The position numbers were made by a program, and so were the translations under genes. The notes under the pieces are model-generated. The model ran no database searches, was not told the origin of the DNA, and worked only from the letters and a program-made list of their open reading frames with translations. Of a stretch of DNA of 64,000 bases, positions 54,653 through 64,000 are shown in pieces; the first letter of the stretch is position 1, and each line of letters starts with the position of its first letter. Source of the DNA: Balanoglossus misakiensis (Eukaryota; Animalia; Hemichordata); contig CM082576.2 in assembly GCA_040954595.2 (NCBI GenBank), positions 5,678,760 to 5,742,759 on the forward strand, read 5' to 3'.

Positions 54653-57600
54653 TTAATCATCTTCGTCATCATCCTCGTCAACATCTTCCATTTCCTCGGC
54701 GTTCTCCGCAGCTTCCTGTTGTGCGGCTCGGAGTGCTGCCTCCTCTTCCACGGTTGGATCTTCTGCCTCAGTGATTTCGGGTCCGCTGGGGAATTCCTCC
54801 ATCGCTGGTGGTAGTGGTGGTGGACTGTAGTTGTCTGTCAGGAATTTGTGTCCCCAGCCAATGTACACATTTTCAAATTTCCTACAAAAGATAGGGATAG
54901 AATTATAGCATGATAACCATGAAATGATCAAAGCGTATTTACTATTCTTTGCCTGGAACTCAGAGCCATTACAAGCTGATACACACTGATGTTCATTTCT
55001 GTGTTTCACAGTTCAGATATTGTACAAGAATAATGAGAATAGAGATTGTCACTTACTTTTCAGTTCCAAAAGCATGTGCACCGGGCCACAGGTTGGAATG
55101 GAGGATGGCTATTGAATATTGAGGAACAAGGTTGGAAGAGAGTTTCGCTGTCCATGGTGGCAAATTTTCAATTTCTGAAAACAAAAGGAACAGAAACAGA
55201 AGTGTTAGAACACGAGAAAGTGCACTTCATTTCTGACATTTCCAAGACCTATCAAATTAAAATTGCGAATATATTGCCTGAACTAAGTATTTTATCACTC
55301 GGTGCACATTCTGACAGGGTGTTGTGTTTCTACCCAGTTCAACTGACCTGCATCTTCCGACAATGGTGTGAGAAGTGGCGGTCCTGTTTCAGGTTCTGGT
55401 TCATCTGGCTCTTCCCTCTCCTCATCTTCATCCTCGTCTTCAAATTCATCCTCCTGCTGTTGTACAGGGTTGTACCACGAACACCGACCCTGAAAGGAAC
55501 CACAAGATCATACAAAACTGTCAGCAAGATCTATCACCAGGTATTAAACCTGGAGTGCAGGCAACAGCACAGTGACCTCTCAACAAATGTGTGGCAGAGA
55601 GGAGAACTCTTCGTATTCAACGTTTATCCTTTCAAACTGCTCTGATCTAATTTCCAAAGGATAATTGGATATGTATATGGAGTTGCAAATGAGAGAACCA
55701 TCCTCTAACCAACTTTTTCTGTCTTATATTTTGAATAATATCACCAAGGTTAAATTTCTCACCTGTGGCAAAATGTGTTGCACATGATGTACCCAGTTGG
55801 ACAATGAGGGATCAACAAGATCTCTGACTGGGATACCTTCCCATTCTGGATTCTCAACAAAGGAGTCACGGCCTGCAAAGCAAAACATGAAGTCACAATA
55901 TAGTACATCTGGAGCTGGGAAAGACTAAGCACAATTGACCACCATGGCGGGATTGTTTTACTGCTGAAGGTTACCAGAGTATTTACTGGGTCATGAATAT
56001 ATGATGTGACCTTGGATTCTAACAAGCAGAAACAAAACCCACCTTCAGCATCTTCTTCCTCCTCCTCTTCCTCATCAAACTGATAGAATCCCAAGGGACT
56101 AATGTGTGTGCCAGCCGAGATACGTGCAATCTGTGCACGGAGGTAATTGGCCTCATTGCCAGGGAACGGAGGGTAGCTGATGACTGGTGCGTCCAACCTT
56201 CCAGTGAAGAACTTCTTGATTTGTCTGGCAACTGCTATTTGTTGCGGTGTAACAGGGGGCAGCTTTGTCCACATCTTTCCAGCTGTCGATCGAACAAGGT
56301 AACAGATGGGAACATTACAGAAGGTATATTGCCAAGAAGTGTGTGCACACAATAAGGGTCATTTGATTTCAGAAAGGAAGTCAAATTGGGTAAAAGGAAG
56401 TGCTACTCACGTTCGTTTGTTACAAAGTATGTCTTCTTGTTTGCTCCAATGTGGTTGTCTTCTCTTGGAATGACTGGTGGTGGTTTCCAATCTGGTTTAG
56501 GAGTGTCATCTTCCTCTGCTTCTTCTGAAATGATCAGAGGACAAACACTAACAAGTTACAACATGTAGGGTCATAAACAAAACTACCTGAATATCTGGGT
56601 ATCATTGTACACATAGAACTGTAGGGAGGATATATTAGGAATTTTCCATCTTTCAAGAATTACATTAAAAAGTTCAAATGTAGCATACCTCCTTCTTCGC
56701 CAGCATCCTCATCCTCTTTCTCAGTTTGTTCTTCTGCTTCTGCTTCCTGAAATGATGAAGTGAAAATTTGAGTTCACAGGCAATGAATCGATGATTTCTG
56801 ATTTACAATAAGGCTTGCAAAGCTCTCTTCAAAATGATATGAAAATAGGAATATTACTGGTAATTATTGCTGTTGTCTGACAATGCCTTGATCAGCCCAA
56901 TACCATGCTGAATACCTTTGTAACCTCAGATCACTGTATCGATCGTGTCTGTTTTCAAATTGGCAAAGGCTACATAACATCAATCAAGATCATGAAAGAA
57001 GAGACTCACTTCCTCCTCCTCTTCCTCCTCCTCTTCACCCTCTCTGTACTCGACTTCTGCAATGATGTAGCTTTTTTCTGTGCCAAGCATTTTACCCCAG
57101 AACCTGCAACTCTGTAGAGGATGGTTGTCTACCAGATTCTTCAACGCCAGATATATACGCATCATTTCTTCCCGGCTCACTCCAATCTGGTGGTGGCAAT
57201 AAGACAGGAAAAGTTAGAGGATAAACTTTATTATTTCTGGAAAACTATCACATGGAAATACATGTTGTAAAGTGCATTTGCATTTGTAACTTCAGGCATA
57301 AATAGTAGTACAAAACAAATTTGAGTACTTTGAGGTAATGCCTTCTGATTTTTAATTGCATCAAACGTTCACTCAAAGGTACATGGACTTACGTCAGCTT
57401 GTTCAAACGAATACATAATTTCTGGCAGATTGGGCAATGGAGTTTCCACTTCTTCCTCAGCTTCAACTTCTGCACCTTCCTCGGCATTTTTCTGGAAAAC
57501 ATGATTTTTTTTTTCAACAGTTATGTCACAGATTCCTGAAAGATTTGATTTACATGTACATCCATGTCTGCTACCTAGATTTTAGGAGTTGTGTCTGACA

Positions 57601-59177
57601 AAGAGACAATACATGCTTGGATTGGTCACATCTAGATATGTTTGGGGGTGAAGGGGGAATGAATGCGTGCACTACCCACAGCTAGATGGATTAGCGGACA
57701 GATGAATTCCACGGAGCACAGGACAAGTATGGCTTGAAAATACCTTCAAGAACTGAAAAGCTGATATTGAGTATTTATCCGTGATCTTATGACGTTGACT
57801 TTCTCCGTCACCGACCTAGTGAATGAGTGAGAATAAGGTCTAGAAGCCTAAATTAGGTGCATTTACTTTTAGTGGAGATGAATGCAGAATGATCTGAAGT
57901 GAGTGAGACATGCAAAGAATATATGAAAGTATTTTAGATTAAGAAGCATGTACGAGATGACAGACAATGCTAACTTCAGACAAAATGACAACATGTATGA
58001 TTCCAGCAAGTCACATCTCTATAAAAGCTAAAAGCAAAGATGAATGCAGGAAAACAATTTCCACAACATCTTGACTGATACATGCAATAATGATGCAATA
58101 TTACACAGAAATTTTCAGTTGATCCACCACCGCAATCAAACCTGTAAAAACAGAAACCCGTCTGGTCATAACACACATTATGTAATTTTACTAAAAATGA
58201 AAAATTATTTTCTCAGACAGTCTTACCTCAAATAATGGCTTCTGGATCTCAGCTAATTCTACTTCACTGGAACGGTCAATTTTATCCTGGATGGTATCAA
58301 CCTTGGATACAAATTTGTCCCTCTTGCAGTCTTTGCTAATGTCTTCAAAGACATCTGCAGAAGAAACCAACAAATATATTTGAGAAATAAAAATGCCTGT
58401 GATCGATAGTTATTTTCCTTTCTTGGATAGCTATTACCGTATGTTAGGGTAATTCATAGACTGTTCAAATATTTCCCCAGATATACATGTATGTAGGGCT
58501 TTCTGTTCATGGATTAATTTGTACATGCAATCACTCATCAATATCATGTTAACTTACCTACAACATTTGTGGGTCTTTCATCTAAAATTTTTGAGAGAAC
58601 TACACTAAGATGGTCATATCTGCAAAGAAGCAAAGAAGCAAAAATTAGGAATATAGTATGTAAAACATGACAGAAAAGGCATGTAGAATGTTTGTTTTCC
58701 CTCAAATAAATGAAGTGTTTAAATCCATGGGGTAGGTCATGTTATTACCCAATTGTTACACTTAGTAACCTATGTTTACAAAGAGTTTTTTGTGCTTTTC
58801 CACACACTAGTTCAGACATACATAACATTAAAAGCAAGATCAGCTATACAGTGTTCTGTGTGCATTTTTGTTGCTATGATTTAAGTGTGAGTGTACTGCT
58901 TTGATACTTACAAATTAAGATTTGTTTTGGTGCTGGCTGACAGGAGATACGACTTTGCATTCATGAATTCTTGTTCCTTGGGACCGAGATTCATATTTTG
59001 TGGAGAGGTAACAACAGAGCCTCGGGGAGTTCCAGTGCCTGCTGGTGTTCCGGCCTGTGGTGTAGCAGCTTTTGGAGTTGCCGGTTTTGGTTCTTCTGTA
59101 GCTTCGGTTGTAGCAACAGGGGTCTCCTCGGCCGGAGTTTCAGTTGCCTCTGCAGGTTGCTCTTCCGTCGTCGACAT
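54653..59177 (-). CDS. RSPH4A: Radial spoke head protein 4/6 homolog
   Basis: [91 protein letters not shown] and an acidic tail. About 12 exons. Co-ortholog of vertebrate RSPH4A/RSPH6A. Confidence 0.9.
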
Positions 59178-59374
59178 CTTGACGAGTCCTTGATAGAATG
59201 GCAAAAATAAACGAATGTGGTGTAATTGCCACTCAAATTAGTATTTGGCAGTCAAAGACTGTGCTAGCAGATCGCCAGTTCTTAAAATGTGCCTTTTTGT
59301 CAGAAACAACTGATGTAAACGTGCAGCAACGGAGAGCTTCGACCAGACAGTGTTACCTGTTTGCTTGCAGCGCA

Positions 59375-59388
59375 GTTGCTATGCGATG
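59375..59388. promoter_or_regulatory. RFX X-box-like motif in the RSPH/SAV1 divergent promoter
   Basis: GTTGCTATGCGATG: one strong GTTGC half-site and a degenerate second half, next to the probable 5'-UTR exon of a ciliary gene. Confidence 0.4.
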
Positions 59389-59889
59389 TGCTGACCAGTA
59401 AATAGAACGGGTTGTGTTCTACGTCACACACAACCCTCCGTCATCGATTTTTGTGCTCTTTCGATATGTTGGCGAAGAGGGCGCCCTAAAGAGATTTCGT
59501 CCTCCGAGCTCAGACTGTCGTAGTGTCCTTTGTAAGCAGTTTCTCTAGGTCTGTAACACCCGATTGTGCGAAGGCCCGCTGAATCACACGACGCGGTAGA
59601 TGATTAGAGGCGTGTCAGTATTATTTCCTTTCGTCCAGAGCAAGCTAACTGTCTGGCACATCATGGGATAAAAGAACTTAGTGGAACGGTAGATAACCTG
59701 TTGGCATCTGTTTACTCTCTCGACCTCACTCACTGTCGGATGCTGGCAGAGGACACCGAATCTGTACATACGTTTGGAGAAAGATAGAATGCCCTCTTGA
59801 CCTCAGTGTAACGGTAACATAAACACTTGTTGTGTACATCATCCACACGTCTGAAGCTACTCCCCATTGGCGGGAGAACAGGGTCAAAT

Positions 59890-62800
59890 ATGCTGTCGAG
59901 GAAAAAGGAGCCTAAATCAACTATAAGTGAAGGTTTGGTTGGTAAATACATCAAAAAGGAGACCTCCCCATGGTTAAAGGGTGAGTAACAATGTAAACAG
60001 GTTTCATGTACACAGTGTCATTGAGTGTGAGTGAATCAAATCCAAATGTTTATGTTCATAATAGGACAGTTGTTTAATTATGAAAAGCAAAAGAAAATGT
60101 TTTGAGGTCATATGTTGTCACTATGTCAATAAAAAATAATGAGTTGAATGTAAATGTAAGTTGTCATTTTAATTTAATTCATCATGGTTTGACCTCATTG
60201 CAAGTTTATAAAATTTCCTTTACTAGTTTGAAGGATCTGTTATATTCTGTTCTGACCTGTGTTTATTTTTTGTTTGTGTGTAAATTCAGGAACTACTGTA
60301 TGTTGAATATGATACTTCATATACACCTTCCAAATCTCATCCAACAGATTACATGTCTCCAGTTGTGCGTCATGCACCTACCCGCCGAGTTTCGTCCAAT
60401 TCCAGTGATTCCTCAACTCCAGGTACGCCGCAGGTATTGCAACATTCCCACGCGGCCAGGGCCGGAGGCGTGGAAAGGACGTCAATGTCCGATGTGCTGT
60501 TTGCTGCAGCTTCATCATCATCATCATCAACATCGTTACATCCACCAGGTGTATCATCATCATCGCCGTCATCATCATCACATCCACCTGGTCTAGCTGA
60601 AAGCCCGAGAGGTAGCAGGACACCTCACAGCTCTGGTAGTGGTAAGAATTATTTGCATACTTTCTATGGTTGCATACATAGGTTTCAACGTTTGTGCTTG
60701 TACTGGGGTGGTTTCCCCTGACATAGTTGATAAGGAGAACACTTGAACATGATAGCACTGTACCCTGTATAATTAGTTGTGAAACTGCATCAACGTTACA
60801 GCAGTTGATGTTACTGGTTGATTAAACCCTGTATTGCATGTAGTACATGTACATATTGTATTTACATCAAGTTTCTATTGAAGTCAATTGATTCCTATGC
60901 ATTAAAAATGACAGACTTTCATCAATTTTTCAAACCTGCTGTATCCATGATTATCTTACGACAGTAGTGACACAAGTTTCATTTGAATAATTAATGAGGG
61001 AGATTTAGTCTGTGGTTAGGATCAATGCTTGGAAGTTTTCACAAACTGAAGCTAAAATTTACATACAATAAGGCAGAATTTCAAGCAATGGGTTCATACA
61101 GAACGTTTGGCCATTGGGGAAAGTTGTTTTATGATATTTATAATTTGATAATGACAACTTTCTTATTCTATATTTTTCCTAACAGAATATTCCAAAGGTG
61201 ATAGTAGAACAAACAGTACTTTCAGTTTATTTCAACAAAACCAAGCATCAGGTATGATTTTTCCCACCATTTGCTGTTGTTATAGCAGAGACATTCAGAT
61301 TATTTCAGTTTTTCCAAAGTCATAAAGGACACCTTGCTCTGAAAAGATGACCCTATGCTCTGTAAGCCTCTGTTGGTTTGCATGCAGCTCATGGCAACTA
61401 CATCATCAGATTATTTCTTTCTATTTTGATCATTTTAAGAGACATTATGTATTTTGGACATTATCACTGGGTTTTATTCTTCTCATTGTCATTTCATGCA
61501 TGATCACAGTTATATTAATTTTGGTTCAGTGTTCACACATTTTTATTGTTTTTATTTTTTTTTATCCTGTGCCATTCTTTTTTCTTGCGGTGTTCACCTG
61601 GCTGTCGCCATTGTATAGATGCTTGCAGTAGTAACTTTGATGAGGCAATTGACAGCATGCAGTCATCTGTCTATGAAACAGAGCACCCATACACAGATAC
61701 AGAGAGTGAGGCGCTTGAAGCAGTAGGTCAGTGTGTACAGTCAAAGAGTTGCACATTCAGCTTGACCAGTGGGGCTTTCTGCTTGACTCTGTCCTAATGG
61801 AGCCTGGAATTTTGGTTGACTTTGTTGACACTGTCAATGCATTTAAAGCCAATACAAGCCAGTTATATGTAAATTGTGATGATTGTTTATGATTTGCTCC
61901 ATGATCAGTTGCATTGTGTGGTGTCTTCATCCATTCTCATTTTTTTTGGTGGTCAACCAGAAAAATCTCTTTCAATTCTTCTATGTGCAGTGCAGTCTAG
62001 CTGTTTATCAGTTGTGGTTTTCAGGAGCATATAAACAAGACCTGACTTGATTTTAGATTTAAATGATTTTGATGTCATGAATATCAGTTCAACTATTCAA
62101 AAACTTGCTGCTTAGATTTCTTGATAAGATAACACAGATTTGTAAACTTATTTATGTAGAAAGTTATTAATGACATAGACTGAGTTATACTTACACACAG
62201 TCCCTTCATTGTAGTTGAGAGACTGATTTATGAATCGACACAGAATGATAAAGTTTGACATGTTAAAATATTTACGAAGAAAGTAGCTTGTTGCTGATAT
62301 TACAATCTCTTTTCAAAATAAATATATTCTTCCAACGTGATATAGTTCATCAGAAAACATTTAGCCATTCCTATTATAACACTTAAGCCAATTATAAACT
62401 CAACGTAGTTTGTATTGTGTTACATGTTAGTAGTAAATTTGCAAAGTACTGAGACGTTTATGTTGTCCTGTAATTTTTCCCACCCTAGGTAATGTTTCAC
62501 AGCATGATGATCTACCATTGCCTGCTGGATGGTCAGTAGCCAGTACTGTCAACGGCAAAAAATTTTATGTTGAGTAAGTATACTAAGACAAATAGTTGCT
62601 TAAAAGTTATAGACCGAGTATATCAACTCAGTCTATTTCTTTTTGGAACACTGAGTTACACAGTCATCCAGTCAACTTGTGTATATTCTATTTGATATAA
62701 CATATTGACTTGACACTTTTTTGTCACAGTCACAACACCAAAACAACTCACTGGAATCATCCATTGGAAAGAGAAGGCCTTCCTCCGGGCTGGGAGAAAG

Positions 62801-63641
62801 TGGAAACTCCAGAACATGGTGTTTATTATGTCAAGTGAGTACTGATTCCTTTCATGTCTGTACATGCTGAAATATTAATTTTCTAACAGGTATTGATAGA
62901 AAATACGTATGTCACCATATTTGTATTCCTTCCTTTAATTTGCGTTGTTCACGATTTCAACATCTACACTCTCTGCTTGCAGCCACATGGCAAGGAAAGC
63001 TCAGTACAGACATCCCAATGCATCCAACCTGACCAGGTTCAATCCTTCCCATGCCCCCCTGGGTGGCAGCAATCCAGAACTACCACTGCCGTTACCACCG
63101 CCACCACACTACCGGTACCAGGGACAGAGTAGTGAACACAATGCGACAGAAGATACAGTCTGGGTTCCACCAAATCCCTATCTCTACACAGGTGAGTCCT
63201 GGACATTGTAATCTTTGAAGAAGAGAAGTCAGAAGCATTTGTTGTTTCACATAAAATTTGTTACCAATTGAAATGTCATGGCTAAGCAAACCAACTTTGG
63301 TTTCCCATTGTGTACACCCAGAGCTGCATTGTCTATTCCTGGGTGTTGGTTTATTCCATGTTCATTCTTCCTTCTTCCCCCCAGAAATTCCACACTGGTT
63401 GAAAGTGTTTGCCAAAGCCCCGTTTGAGCACGACCACAAGCTGAAGTGGGAATTATTCCGACTGCCGGAGCTTGACTGCTTCCAGAGTATGATGACGAGG
63501 CTTTACAAGGAAGAAGTGGAGGCTGTTGTCATGGAATATGAAGCATACAGATTGGCACTGTACAAAGAGATGGAGAAGAGACTCCGGCAGAAACAACAGC
63601 AAGAGCAAGCACTCCAGGACAACGTTGAAACCAAAGTATAA
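59890..63641 (+). CDS. SAV1: Protein salvador homolog (WW-WW-SARAH Hippo pathway scaffold)
   Basis: N-terminus MLSRKK..GKYIKKETSP, WW domains LPLPAGWSV..YVDHNTKTTHWNHPLEREGLPPGWE..YRHP, and SARAH region HKLKWELFRLPELDCFQSMMTRLYKEE. Exons 59890-59980, 60348-60641, 61186-61251, 61619-61726, ~62489-62573, ~62730-62834, ~62983-63191 and ~63385-63641. Confidence 0.95.
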
Positions 63642-64000
63642 AAACAATGATGTATTGCCTTCCAAAGATGTAAAAAATATTACAAAATTTCAAGTGTGCA
63701 GATATTGTTTCCTGTTATTGCAAGGCACCATTTAAGGAGCACAGTGTTGTTATATAGAAACTTTACTTATGTAAGACTGCAAGGTGGGTCAGTTGAAATG
63801 ACCTTGTGTGTGTTAATGATATTTGAAAATGATCTTATGCATGATAATTCCCTTCAATTTTCCTTTCATTAATATTAGAAAATTGTATGTTATAATATGT
63901 CGAGAAAGCTTTGGTTTTTACTTACAGTTTGTTTCCTTGGCAACAAACAAACGTTAAAGACAAAACAGTAAAGAATTCTATAGAGTATTTAAAGTTTATA

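Noticed and set aside
55046-55645. 199-aa plus-strand ORF
   Set aside because: Antisense shadow of RSPH exons and introns; no recognisable protein features.

Overview
This is eukaryotic animal genomic DNA: AT-rich, compact and intron-rich, probably from a marine invertebrate bilaterian (the species cannot be determined from sequence). It holds nine spliced protein-coding genes, hand-assembled from splice sites: RDH13-like (-), two tandem APRT-like phosphoribosyltransferases (+), a membrane-dipeptidase homolog that has lost key catalytic residues (-), a kelch-repeat protein (-), TRIM9/67 (+), eIF4A3 (+), RSPH4/6 (-) and Salvador/SAV1 (+). The most unusual elements are: (1) the first ~8.3 kb, which looks like a TATA-driven, multi-exon minus-strand transcript with tandem-repeat blocks and no long ORF (candidate lncRNA or small-RNA precursor); (2) a 1.6-kb foldback transposon in TRIM9 intron 1, with ~567-bp near-perfect arms, a 7-bp TSD and a nested hairpin element; (3) the pseudo-dipeptidase; (4) DR4/DR5 nuclear-receptor element clusters upstream of both APRT-like copies; (5) a recurrent CTCF-like TAGAGGGCGC motif at gene boundaries. 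Exon coordinates were read by eye and may be off by a few bases. No database search was run.
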